Below the pieces are notes generated by a model. That model had not been told where the DNA came from. It made no database searches and saw only the letters and a program-made list of their open reading frames with translations. The position numbers and the translations under genes are program-made. 64,000 bases of DNA from Haliotis rubra (Eukaryota), in the NCBI RefSeq assembly GCF_003918875.1, contig NW_025767190.1, positions 62,001-126,000 of the forward strand, in the 5' to 3' direction. Below, piece by piece: positions 25,322 to 38,054 of this stretch (positions are counted from its first letter, which is position 1; each line of letters begins with the position of its first letter).

Positions 25322-25878
25322 TCCACAAAGTACTTAGTTAAGCACCCCTTGACATATCTCACGATTCAATGAGCCCCGATCTTAACCTTTTGGAGCATAT
25401 CTTGGACATGATTGGTCGTCGTGTGCAACAAAGCGATTCTCTTGTACAGAACCTGGCCCAATTGGAAGCTGCTTTACTCGAGGAATGTCGTAGAATGCCC
25501 CTTCAGAGGATCAGGAGGCTGACTAGAGGTATGAGGAGGAGAGTGCTGGCTGTCATGCAGTCACATGGAGGTTACACTTGGTATTCACCTTGAATCGTGT
25601 AAGACACGCAAAATGACATTTTGAATGTGAACATTCACCAATAAATTCAACATTAAACATTCCAGGCCCATACTTGTACAGACATGGTTTTAAAATGAGC
25701 AATTATCATCATAAAATCAACATGGATTCTAATCATTTTGTCGTTTATAGGAGTCAATGGATCATGCAGGTCAGAAAAACTCATGTTTTCCCATCGTGGT
25801 CACCACGAGAAGCTTTATGTACGTGTTGAAAAAATCATTGCAAAAATACAGGGGGTGCTTAATTAAGTTCTTTGTGTA
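25322..25878 (+). mobile_element. Internally deleted Tc1/mariner element
   Basis: TIRs tccacaaagtacttagttaagcacccc / ggggtgcttaattaagttctttgtgta with TA on both sides. ORF 25369-25593 (SPDLNLLEHILD...MRRRVLAVMQSHGGYTWY) is a Tc1 transposase C-terminus. Confidence 0.92.
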
Positions 25879-27778
25879 TATTTCATAACTGTCCTTAGTT
25901 TACAATATTATATAGAGCACGCAATCTTCCTTTAGACTGTATTTGAACTGGATGCATTTAAGAGTCCCTTTACTGCAATGAAGAAGGAAATTTCAATATC
26001 TTTCATTGACTTTCTGTCTGTGTTTCTTTGAAGTCATTACGTGCTTCACTGCACCATCGTGTGTACATCTAGTCTACATGTGGTGTTTCCTTCCTTTGAT
26101 GTTTCCGGATGATGTTGAGATAAACTTTTATTCCCCAGTTTGTAATTGTGTTAGTGACTCACACGGGACTCTCGCTGCCCAACAAAATGACAGTTTGATA
26201 TAACATCTGGAACTGTTTTGATGACGTCAGGGCGAGTTTCGACGCCTGCAGCAGCTATGTTGTCATCAACAATTGTTGTTATGCTTTAACATCCACGCGC
26301 GGCTATAATACCGAAGTATGGTCTGCTAAATAAATTTCATACCACCAGCAGTGCGCCGGAACGTTTTTCTCAATTTGTAAAACGTTAAGTGCATTATCCG
26401 TGAAGCAGTGCCTTCACAATAGTTTATGATAAATTGAATTGAAGACCTGTAGGTCCCGCAGACGTGGACCACACACAAAATAGACTCTACTGTCGCCTGC
26501 CACTTGTCAATAACACAATCTCTTGTATAATAAACACGTGTATATGAATCAGCAGGGTAGGGGACGATATGTTATTCTCTTAGCGAGAGGGAAATGAACA
26601 CAATGGAGTCCCACATCTGTCAAGGCGCTATATATTCCTCATGAAAGGTTTCACTGATAGACATTTTAAATTTTACATATTATGCCGTTTAAACAAGGAA
26701 TCTTTATCTGTACCGCGCGACTTAAAAACCTTTATGTGTATTTGAAATTTTATAGGAATGTTTGGAATAATACGTTAACTTCACTAGCATAACAGAGACA
26801 TTTTTGTGTAAACGTAAAACTCATTCTTATGTGTAAATATAAAGTTTTTTATGGATTAAGCGACATCAATGTGTGCATATTTCTTTCTTAGATGTAGATT
26901 TAGATCCTTTTTGTGACCTTTTCATATTTTCTTTTCAAGAAGTAAACATTTGATTCAGGTAAACTGTTCATCACAAACAATCCGTCTACACTCTTCTTGG
27001 CTTCTCATCTCTGTCTGCAACCAGTTAGTGTTCGGGACATGCAGACTTCGTATATCGGGGTGTATAATACACAGAACTGTGTGTAGGGTGGGTTGGGGTG
27101 TGTGGGGTGTGTGTATAGGGTATGCACCATACTTTCCCCTGCAACATTCACTAGGATCCAGGTATGAACACACTGTTTGATGCCTGTGTCGACTTAGAAT
27201 GATGAAAGACGTTTCCCTGTTACAGACTGTCTTCATCCTTCTCTCAGAAGATAAACCTTTTACAGACGACGGAGCTTCCGGAAGACTTAACTGACGTGCA
27301 GCCTCGGCAATGACATATTTCTTTAACAAGGAATATCTTCAGAAGTAATAAATTGTTCACGTGTCCTCGCCCGCGCCTGTTTTCGACACTATCATTTTCA
27401 AAATGGCCGCTTTGACTGTGACTTCCGGTGCGAGGCAACCCATCAATGCCACAAGAAACAGATCGAGAAAGTCAGTTTTGACTTTATGATGACGAAGTGA
27501 ACCAGGCATGTTAACTTTCTATTTTCTGTTTTGAAATATTAGACTGATAAAGATATCAGTTCTATGCTCGTTGGCGTATTTTAGTGTATCAGCCATTAGG
27601 CGTCGGTAATAGCACATGATGCAACAGCAAGGCTCATACTGCGACCTAAGTATAAACAATTATTGCTTGTGTCCATGACAACTACCTCTAATGATGAGTT
27701 TGGGGAATATTGGGGTGACTGTCTCAATGGTTAGGTTACATATGTTACATAGGACAAACAACAAACTCTCGGTTCCAC

Positions 27779-27905
27779 TCGTGAACATCCGGGTAAGAAT
27801 TGGTTTTCAGAAACCTATGCCAGCTTGTCCTAAGAGGCGTAACGGGGCGTAAGTCAGGCTAGTTGACTTTAAATGTCAAACAAACAAACAAACAAACAAA
27901 CAATC
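27779..27905 (+). mobile_element. Short retroposon family B, 5' part with (CAAA)n tail
   Basis: cgtgaacatccgggtaagaattggttttcag...taagaggcg...gtcaggctagttgactt. Confidence 0.7.
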
Positions 27906-28854
27906 AGTTCTTCGGGGCAAGATGGTCCTTTTTCCCAAGCCGAAATGAGAAAAGTCCTTACCGCTTTTAAACTTTGACAAAACATTCTTTTTATCAAAAA
28001 ATTTGAAAATGATAACAGAACTCGTCGTCCTCCGCTTATTTTCCACATGCGTCGCTCGGGCATGCTGCACGAGAAATATGCTAATGGTCACGAACGATGC
28101 TCATGCGCAAAGCTTCGTCTCGAGTTGATATCAACAATACATGGTACAAGGATCCTTGCTGTTTCGTTAAAGTATTCTATTCCGCAAGTGTCGGTTTTAG
28201 TACAATAGGAAAAGTGCCCTCCATATGGACGTCCCTTTAGTTGTTTTGTTATCGAAAGGTTATCTGTAGGTAAATGCTATAATATGACCATCACCATATT
28301 TATAATACTGTAGCACTCTATTATGTGCATTATTGAGTAAGATCTTAAGATTTATACAAATTTAAACAATTTTAACATGGTTTTTCACTGTGTTGTGTCA
28401 TAAAGTCAAAAACGAGATCGACTATTAAAAATCCACAAATTACAGGATGTGAGCTCGAACCTCTGGCGACGCATATTGTCCAATAAATGTGAAATCATTC
28501 ATTATCAAACTGAATTGGCGTTTTTAATTCCATGTGTACAACTGACAAGCAAATGTCCATTTGTAGAATATAATGGATTGTTTAAATAATGGAGTGACGC
28601 CACAGATGCGATTTTTTGCGTGATCAATGAGGTACTGGTGTTTTGTAAATATTCAGAGCTAAAATGAATTTAGATATTCGCAGTCTTAGAAAAAAGTAGT
28701 GCCGCGCTGTAGATCTGGCTTGGTATCTGTAGACAGACATCGTTTGCAACATATTGAATTAACGGTTCCGGTTTATCGAGTTTTACAGGCAATTGTTCAT
28801 GGTAAACTGTTTCTCGGATTCATAGTAATTGTTTATCCAGTTCATAGCTATACT

Positions 28855-29255
28855 GATTTATCAAGTTCATGGGTACTGAGTTATCAAGTTCATTGGTAAT
28901 GAGTTATCAAGTTCATGGGTAATCAAGTTCATGGGTAATTTATCAAGTTCATACAAGTTCATGGGTAATGGCTTATCAAGTCTATGGGTAATGAGTTATC
29001 AAGTTCGTAGGAAATGATTTTCATCATGGTAATGATTTATCAAGTTCATGGGTAATGATTTATCAAGTTCATGGGTAATGATTTATCAAGTTCATGGGTA
29101 ATGATTTATCAAGTTCATGGGTAATGAGTTATCAAGTTCATTGGTAATGAGTTATCAAGTTCATGGGTAATGAGTTATCAAGTTCATTGGTAATGAGTTA
29201 TCAAGTTCATGGGTAATGAGTTATCAAGTTCATGGGTAATGAGTTATCGAGTTCA
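28855..29255. repeat. 23-bp minisatellite (about 17 copies)
   Basis: Unit ttatcaagttcatgggtaatga(g/t). Confidence 0.95.
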
Positions 29256-30275
29256 CAGTTAATGGTAAATTGTGTTCTCGAAGATATGCGGTGTATTGTG
29301 AGACGTCATTGAATTGACATTTCTGAAGCATGTTTCTCTGAGTTGAATTTTCAGAAGTTTAATTTACGACAATTGTTTCTTCTTCTAGTAAACAGCCCTG
29401 ATACCTCTGTTCTGCATGTGTGTTATCGGTCTTTGAGTATAGGCTGGGGCTGTTCACTGCATGCCTTTCCCTCCGATGTAATTTTCATTACGACCCACGC
29501 ATGTCATAACATAAATAACTTTATTTCTTCTGTCGCTCTGCTTTGTTTGATGGTAAATATCTTGTCTTTTGGAAATGCGTATTCACTCCTAATATGTTGA
29601 CATATTACCACATATGTTCGACATCTCGACTGCATTCAATCATATCGTGACTTGTCAGATTTATGTGAGGGGTGAATGAGGTATAGTGCAGCGTTCAAGA
29701 AANNNNNNNNNNNNNNNNNNNNNNNNNNNNNNNNNNNNNNNNNNNNNNNNNNNNNNNNNNNNNNNNNNNNNNNNNNNNNNNNNNNNNNNNNNNNNNNNNN
29801 NNNNNNNNNNNNNNNNNNNNNNNNNNNNNNNNNNNNNNNNNNNNNNNNNNNNNNGTTAGTGCCGTTTATATAATGCACACTCACTGAGATAAGATGCCAC
29901 AATTCAATATGGATACACAACTCAGGCTCCGAGGCGACCGGTCCCTGTTTTGAAACTTGATACACAACGCAGGCTCCAAGGCGACCGGTCCCTGTTTTAC
30001 ACTTACAGGCAGAGTAACAACAAGCACCATTTTGTTATGACGCGTCTAGGGATGGACCATCGCCATTCCGTTCACCTGGCAGAAGCTCTCTTCACTACAC
30101 CTAGGGGGATATCAGATTACGGTTAATAGTGACGATGTCTTTGTTTCCCACTCAGGATAAATACATTCAGTACCTAATATTTTATATAGGCTGAATTTTA
30201 GATTCGAACTCAGGATGACGACAGGATCACATGACTGGAGAATCTTTTACCACGTCGGAGGCATAAGTGGCCCAG

Positions 30276-30469
30276 TAGTCTGTCTCACAGTCCCTGAACC
30301 ACATTATTTTCCCTACTGCCTATAGCCCTCCCTGCAATGCTAAAGCCCGAATGAAGCAGGTCTAGATTTCCTCGGGTTCTGAAACTCCAATCTCACCGGG
30401 GCTCCTTTTCAATTTAAATGGGATTATTTGTTAATGTGTATATAGATTCAGAGACCAGGCGTTAGTCTA
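30276..30469 (+). repeat. Dispersed repeat family C, copy 3
   Basis: tagtctgtctcacagtccctgaaccac...ggcgttagtcta. Confidence 0.85.
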
Positions 30470-30612
30470 GTGGCTCAGCGGGCTTGTGCGCTGTCATTGT
30501 TTAGGCATGAGTGGCGCCCCTTTACCATTCCAGGATCTACTGGTCGTGGTTACTAACTCAAGATTCGCCCTGAAAATGTCCATGCTACCCGTACTCATGA
30601 TTTTGACCAAAC

Positions 30613-30768
30613 GGGGCGGTGGGGTAGCTTAGTGGTTAAAGCGTTGGATTGTCACACAGAAAACCCCGGGTTTGATTCCCTTCATTGGTACAATGTTTGA
30701 AGCCCTTTTCGGTGTACTCCGCAGGAACATTTCTAAAAGAGCCGAAACACTAAACTCACTCACTCACT
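30613..30768 (+). mobile_element. SINE family A, diverged
   Basis: ggggcggtggggtagcttagtggttaaagcg...taaactcactcactcact. Confidence 0.88.
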
Positions 30769-31693
30769 GTAACTTTACACTCACTCAATTTTGGTCCAGA
30801 GAGTTAACACCCCTCAGCCCTGTGTAACAGTGGGATGGGCGACGCAATGAAACTGATACGCTGTGAAATATTCAAAGTAGCGGAAAACCGAAATCGCTCA
30901 CTCAATTATTTCTGTTTTATGAGGTGCGGTTTAAACAGGACTCAGGGGTTCACCCATCAAACATTCATCAGCAACAACAATATCCGCAACGCGGCGACGC
31001 AACGTTGTCCTCACATCCTTCTGCGGCTCTGATTCCTGAAGGTTGTAAGAGTGGAGATATCATGTAGCTGACAGCCTTTTATTGGGAAATAGGCGTTCAA
31101 GTGGATTATATAATTTATCACAGCTTTGAATGTTCTCAAACGAATGCATTTACTTCAGACATTGTCTGACATTTTGTGGAAATTGTGTTGATTTTGAATA
31201 AATTATTATCGATTAAATATAACTCACATTGGATGAAAAAAGGCGATAGAAATGGATGTATACAGTTTTCACAACTTATTCAATACATCATGGAGGATAT
31301 AATAGGTTATCTAGTACTTTGTCCCAATAGACATAATACCCCAACTTGAATTTTCATGATTCGTTTTATCCTCCCAAACGCCTCATTTTACCATGCAGTT
31401 GCCTCCCTTGGGCATGCCAGGATATTGGGATCTTTGGTTCGTTTACCTTCATTCTTCAAAGTGTGTCCGAGCTATACTCGTAGTCCTAGGTTTTACTAAT
31501 TTGATAAACGTCTGAGATCTTTTCCGCCCTTTGAAGACACCATGTTATATGACGTGAATAATACTGTAAAACCACGTTAAGCAACACCACATTCTGTTAA
31601 ACCCTGACTTTACACGGAAAGCCTGATTATGTTTGACCTAATTCACAAGTACATGTATATTCGAATATTTCATGACATTATTAAAAAGTACAC

Positions 31694-31858
31694 GGGCGAT
31701 GGGGTAGCCTAGTGACTAAAGCGTTCGCTCGTGAAGCCGAAGGCCGTGTTCGATTCCCGACATGGGTACAAGGCTTGAAGACTATTTCTGGTGTTCCCCG
31801 TCGTAATATTGCTGGAATATTGTTACAAGCGGCGTAAAACCATACTGACTGACTCACT
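31694..31858 (+). mobile_element. SINE family A
   Basis: A and B boxes, body and tail gcggcgtaaaaccatactgactgactcac. Confidence 0.9.
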
Positions 31859-33233
31859 AAGAAACTACAATTGATTTTTGTGTAGAATCATGTGTCGTCT
31901 TTGCTATTTCTTATGTAATATACTTACTCCGGGAATAGGAATATCTTTATCTGTAAAGGATACACAAAACATGTCCTCACAATATGTTAGGCATATATTG
32001 AAATACATGTGACATATCTGATTATTTCCATCAAACGTGTAGTAATAAATGTCATGATGACCCTTTAAGGCGTCCGTGGACTTCCGTGTGACGCTCGCAA
32101 GGCAGATCGAGACGCTTGATTGCACACTTACAGTCTCCCTTACACATAACAACCTGAATTAGACAAGCCATATATACGTTGTATCCTGCTGGCTAATGAC
32201 GTTACGTGAGCCTAGCGGTAATAACAGCTTCGCAGTTGTCAGGTGTTGAATGCTGACAGTAATAGCAGTCCACCACGTCTCTTGCAAATTTCACCATTAA
32301 CACAATAAATCACGCGCTCTGGTCGATATCTAGACACGCAAGACACGCACTTTGCGAGACTTTTCCATTCATAACCAAGTCGTTCATGATATTCATGACA
32401 TAATTCACGGACACATACAACCAGTCTGTGACAAATGGGAAATTCAATATGGCGACTACAGGGTGACTAATAACGCGGAAAGCCTCTCCGCCATGTTGGA
32501 AACTTTTTTGACATGCGTAGTAACGACATTCCCCCAGAAACACAGCCAGTTGTACTAGATGTACACTGACAGCCGGAAGGTTTGAAAAAAATAGATGAAA
32601 AGCGTGATAGGTGCGTTTTGACATACGGCAAGATTGTGAGATAACGGAACGGGAGGCTTAAACCAAGCGTACTAACAGAAAACATGGAAATGTGGCGGCC
32701 ATGTTACCAGAACCCGTTGATAACGTCCCTGCTATGTATTATCAGTAAGCGGATGAAGGGAGTTTTCGTCTCTCCTATCATTTAGTTCAATACACTCACC
32801 ACAACGTATGTTGTCGTAATGTTCTGTTCCGAGCAGATACCCGGACAATATGCTCATTCAAACATTCCTTACCGTGTAATAAATAAGAATGACTTTTTAT
32901 TTAATAATGTTAAAACTTCATTTTCTTTGAGTAGCATTTGTAACTAATGACAGGACAGACTTTATGCAAACATTATACATGTAATTACACCTACAAAGGA
33001 GGACATGTAATTAAAATGAGAATATGACAATCAAAAGTGACAACATATTTTGCTGATGAACAGGCAACTATATGTTTCATTTTTTTGTACACTGTACCCC
33101 ATTTTTCATATATAGCCACGTTGTCGGGGGCACGAGTGGGAGAAGGGGGACGGGGGTTTTGTTACTACCTCCAGTAGTCACTGATTACCGACAGGAGACC
33201 ACTGTCATCTAACATTGTTGTTATAAGCCACAG

Positions 33234-33544
33234 AACCAAATGGTCGTGCTCTCTAGGGAGTAGGGGGGCGGTGGGGTAACAAAATGGTCATGGTCATGCC
33301 TCTAGGGAGTAGGGGGCGGTGGGGTAACCAAATGGTCATGCTCTCTAGGAGTAAGGGGGCGGTGGGGTAACCAAATGGTCATGCTCTCTAGGGGGTGTAG
33401 GGGCGGTGGGGTAACAAAATGGTCATGCTCTCTAGGGAGTACGGGGGCGGTGGGGTAACCAAATGGTCATGCTCTCTAGGGAGTAGGGGGGCGGTGGGGT
33501 AACCAAATGGTCGTGCTCTCTAGGGAGTAGGGTGGCGGTGGGGT
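33234..33544 (+). repeat. About 44-bp tandem array (7 units) built from flank, TSD and SINE 5' end
   Basis: Unit aaccaaatggtc(a/g)tgctctctagggagtaggggg(g)cggtggggt; the last unit runs into the SINE. Confidence 0.93.
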
Positions 33545-33697
33545 AGCCAAATGGTTAAAGCGTCCGCTCGTCACGCCGAAGACCCGGGTTCGAATCCCCA
33601 CATGGGTACAATGTGTGAAGCCCATTTCTGGTGTCCCCCGCCGTGATGTTGCTGGAATATTGCTAAAAGCGGCGTAAAACCAAACTCAGTCAGTCAG
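33530..33697 (+). mobile_element. SINE family A, near consensus, with 11-bp TSD
   Basis: TSD tctagggagta at 33519-33529 and 33698-33708. Confidence 0.94.
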
Positions 33698-33916
33698 TCT
33701 AGGGAGTAAGACATATCGTCTTGGCGTGTTGGAATTATCTCGCAAAGGGAAACAACTCTTCCACTTCAAAGACCGCTCGATTCCCACCCAGTCACTCTGT
33801 TAATCGATTTACATCGACAGCTGAACATGAACATAATGGTACTTGTCTTGCTGAATTTTAATATTTTTTTGCAAGAAAGAGGAAGGAGCTTACATTTGCA
33901 CTGCAATAAATATGCT

Positions 33917-34092
33917 TTGTTTGGTTACTTGGTAATCAACCCGTACTGGGCAATACTCCAGCTATATTGCAGCGGTGTGTAGACAATCGAGGCCTGACCA
34001 GACAATCCAGTGTTTGGTGTCATGAACATCCGGAAAGTCAGCCAGCCTGACCGTAAGTTGCATCTTACTCCAAGCATGAGTTACTGAAGACC
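33917..34092 (-). mobile_element. Short retroposon family B, running into the 13-bp satellite
   Basis: caatactccagctatat...ccagacaatccagtg...agtcagccagcctgacc...aagcatgagttactgaagacc. Confidence 0.75.
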
Positions 34093-35381
34093 TCTACTGA
34101 AGACCACTACTGAAGACCACTACTGAAGACCACTAGTGAAGACCACTAGTGAAGACCACTACTGAAGACCACTACTGAAGACCACTACTGAAGACCACTA
34201 CTGAAGACCACTACTGAAGACCACTACTGAAGACCACTACTGAAGACCACTAGTGAAGACCACTACTGAAGACCTCTACTGAAGACCACTACTGAAGACC
34301 ACTACTGAAGACCACTAGTGAAGACACAATGAAGACCACTACTGACTGACCAAGACCACTACTGAAGACCACTAGTGAAGACCACTACTGAAGACCACTA
34401 CTGAAGACCACTACTGAAGACCACTACTGAAGACCACTACTGAAGACCACTACTGAAGACCACTACTGAAGACCACTACTGAAGACCACTACTGAAGACC
34501 ACTACTGAAGACCACTACTGAAGACCACTAGTGAAGACCACTACTGAAGACCACTACTGAAGACCACTACTGAAGACCACTACTGAAGACCACTACTGAA
34601 GACCACTACTGAAGACCACTACTGAAGACCACTACTGAAGACCACTACTGAAGACCACTAGTGAAGACCACTACTGAAGACCACTACTGAAGACCACTAC
34701 TGAAGACCACTACTGAAGACCACTACTGAAGACCACTAGTGAAGACCACTACTGAAGACCACTACTGAAGACCACTACTGAAGACCACTACTGAAGACCA
34801 CTACTGAAGACCACTACTGAAGACCACTACTGAAGACCACTAGTGAAGACCACTACTGAAGACCACTACTGAAGACCACTACTGAAGACCACTACTGAAG
34901 ACCACTACTGAAGACCACTACTGAAGACCACTACTAAAGACCACTACTGAAGACCACTACTGAATAGACCACTACTGAATACCACTACTGAAGACCACTA
35001 CTGAAGACCACTACTGACTGAATACCACTACTGAAGACCACTGCACTGAAGACCACTACTGAAGACCACTACTGTGAAGACCACTACTGAAGACCACTAG
35101 TGAAGACCACTACTGAAGACCACTAGTGAAGACCACTAGTGAAGACCACTACTGAAGACCACTACTGAAGACCACTACTTAAGACCACTACCGAATACCA
35201 CTACTAAAGACCACTACCGAATACCACTACTGAAGACCACTACCGAAGACCACTACTGAAGACCACTACTGAAGACCACTACTGAAGACCACTACTGAAG
35301 ACCACTACTAAAGACCACTACTAAAGACCACTACTGAAGACCACTACTGAAGACCACTACTAAAGACCACTACTGAAGACC
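34083..35381. repeat. 13-bp satellite (actgaagaccact), about 100 copies
   Basis: Direct inspection; variant units agtgaagaccact and actaaagaccact. Confidence 0.98.
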
Positions 35382-35639
35382 TACAATGAAACTATGAAAC
35401 TACAATGTTTATTTTCAACACAACTCCAATCAGTGAATGCTACCGTTAAATGTTGCAATATTTGACATAAACATTTTCATAAACATGTACAGCATGTCTA
35501 GTTGCCAGTACAAGTTGTGTAGCACTCGTCAGTGAAAGACTGCGGCACCAAAACGGACTTGGTCGACACTTCATCTGTACGGCCATATTCCGCTGTTAAG
35601 TAGCGTGATCACCTGTGTGATCGTTGTATATGAACAAGA

Positions 35640-36395
35640 ATTGTTGCACTATGTGACATAGGTATGTACAACAGATTGTTGTATTGTGTAACATGGGTAT
35701 GTACAACAGATTGTTGTATTGTGTGACATAGGTATGTACAACAGATTGTTGTATTATGTGACATAGGTATGTACAACAGATTGTTGTATTGTGTGACATA
35801 GGTATGTACAACAGATTGTTGTATTGTGTGACATAGGTATGTACAACAGATTATTGTATTGTGTGACATAGGTATGTACAACAGATTGTTGTATTGTGTG
35901 ACATAGGTATGTACAACAGATTGTTGTATTGTGTGACATAGGTATGTACAACAGATTGTTGTATTGTGTGACATAGGTATGTACAACAGATTATTGTATT
36001 GTGTGACATAGGTATGTACAACAGATTGTTGTATTGTGTGACATAGGTATGTACAACAGATTGTTGTATTGTGTGACATAGGTATGTACAACAGATTTTT
36101 GTATTGTGTGACATAGGTATGAACAACATATTGTTGTATTATGTGGCATAGGTATGTACAACAGATTGTTGTATTGTATAACATAGATATGTACAACAGA
36201 TTGTTGTATTGTGTAACATGGGTGTGTACAATTGTTGTATTGTGTACCATTGGTTTGTACAACAATTGTTGTATTGTGTACCATGGGTTTGTACAACAAT
36301 TGTTGTATTGTGTACCATGGGTTTGTACAACAATTGTTGTATTGTGTAACATGGGTTTGTACAACAGTTGTTGTATTGTGTAACATGGGTGTGAA
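35640..36395. repeat. 35-bp minisatellite (about 21 copies) with internal palindrome
   Basis: Unit gtacaacagattgttgtattgtgtgacataggtat; right-hand units are a 34-bp variant containing tacaacaattgttgta. Confidence 0.97.
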
Positions 36396-37281
36396 CAAAT
36401 TAAAGTCCCACGGTTAGAGATACCCAAATGTCAGTTTTCAAATTTAATTTTTAAAAAACCCCAAATGAGGTTGCTCATTCTGTGATGTGTCCAGGCCTAC
36501 AGAAGAGGGAATTTCTGGGAGAACACAAAAAAGGCATATTTTTACCCTGGCACAGGTTTACGGAAATATACTGCGGTTCCCACGGAGGAGTTTGACCAGG
36601 GAAATGTATTGCCCGAAATCCAGCTTACATTACACAGAGCCCGAATAGCTTTACGGACTGGGAATAGTGCATGCGTTTCATGTTTTTATGGATAATACTT
36701 AAAAAACAACAACATAAAAATATCATAGTGAAAATGTTTCGTACATCTGTCACTCCCCGTAGTGGCAACTGTGAAATAAATGTAATGCTCTGTCACACAC
36801 CTGTCGTAAAGGCATGTGTGTTTATGAGGTGAAGCGAACACAATCTGCCACATATTGATAGACGAAGCGGCAGCACACATATGAAATGTATGAAGACAGG
36901 CACCAATATTTTAGTAGACACAATATCAGTAACCCATAGATGCTGTTAATCAGCATTGAATGGCAAAGAAGCACAATGTGTCTAGATCAGTCTCATACAG
37001 TTAAACTGGGAATATGGAAATAGATAACGTGAATTAAATATACAAGTGGATGTCGGTGTTCTGTACCTAACTATTAAAAAATAGGGGATTTTGAATAAAA
37101 AAGGTGTCACCACTGTTGATACGTAATATCTTTAATGGGATTAATAGTTACAGTCTTACAGGGACATCTGCCCGATATTTGATTCAGTCGTTGAAGGTTG
37201 GATGACGATGGAATTTGTTGGGTTATTGGTCAAAGCGCCCTACTGTTGATCACGTCATTTACAATAAAAAGCCCAAACTAG

Positions 37282-38054
37282 TTAATATCGCGTGATTCCG
37301 TCTCCATTTTCAAAACGATCTCGGATTCTACGACACATACACCTAATCAAACGTCAAATATCAACTTGGTCCATTTCATCCCATTCTTCCTACAGGGCAA
37401 CTCCAAGTTCGTTGAGAGTCGGTGGTTGTTGACGTTGGCGAACCAGTGAAATCCGAGACAGGTTTGAAGGGTGACACGTCCGTGAATAACATGTACATGT
37501 GGGGCTGTGGGGTAGCCTAGTGGTTAAAGTGTTCGCTCGTCACCCCGAAGACCCTGGTTCTATTCCCCACATGGGTACAATGTGTGAAGCCTATTGGTGC
37601 GCCCCCCCACCCCCCACCCCCCCGTGATATTGTTGGAATATTGCTAAAAGCGGCGTAATACTAAACTCACTCACTCGCATGTACAGGTGTTCTGCCAGCC
37701 ACAGTGATGCCACCCCACACCGTTACCGAGCCACCACAAAAACGATCGTCCTGTCTAACGTTAACGTCTACGCCATTCACTGTTGCGTCTGTCAAGGAAC
37801 TCAAAAGTATACCAGTCTGCCCAACGATGGTTTGTCCATCGCTGCCGCTCTTGACACCGACGACGACAGTTATCGCCCTTGGTCGACCATATGGACGTCG
37901 TTGTCATCAACGTTATTCGTCTATCGATATCGTGATAGAAATCTGCTTATTCTGACTACGAAACGTTAAGAGCTCGAACTACAACGCTCTCTCTTGTTCC
38001 AGCTTCCAACATGCCATATGCTCGTAGCCGTTCTTCACGTGGCCGACGCAGCAT
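37282..38054 (-). pseudogene. Tc1 transposase pseudogene
   Basis: Manual translation gives N-terminal MLRRPREERLRAYGMLEAG...RALNVS, a GRPR motif, DRFCGGSVTVWGGITVAGRT, and C-terminal PTLNELGVAL*EEWDEM...MCRRIR...GITRY*; stops, frameshifts and deletions are present. Confidence 0.85.
37501..37677 (+). mobile_element. SINE family A inserted in the Tc1 transposase
   Basis: TSD catgtacatgt (37490-37500) / catgtacaggt (37678-37688). Confidence 0.92.

Noticed and set aside
26955-27510. 124-aa ORF and YY1/ETS-like motifs as a gene start
   Set aside because: The ORF crosses GT-rich low-complexity sequence, and the ATG at about 27404 closes after about 28 codons; insufficient support.
32310-32624. 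104-aa ORF with faint resemblance to a reverse-transcriptase motif (NDL...LD)
   Set aside because: Lacks the conserved AFD motif and any flanking RT motifs; cannot be supported by eye.
33530-33605. Functional tRNA genes
   Set aside because: All tRNA-like segments continue into a SINE body and tail, many have TSDs, and no proper acceptor stem is evident.
35596-36427. 272-aa and other Cys/His/Tyr-rich ORFs
   Set aside because: Translations of a 35-bp minisatellite cycling through all frames.
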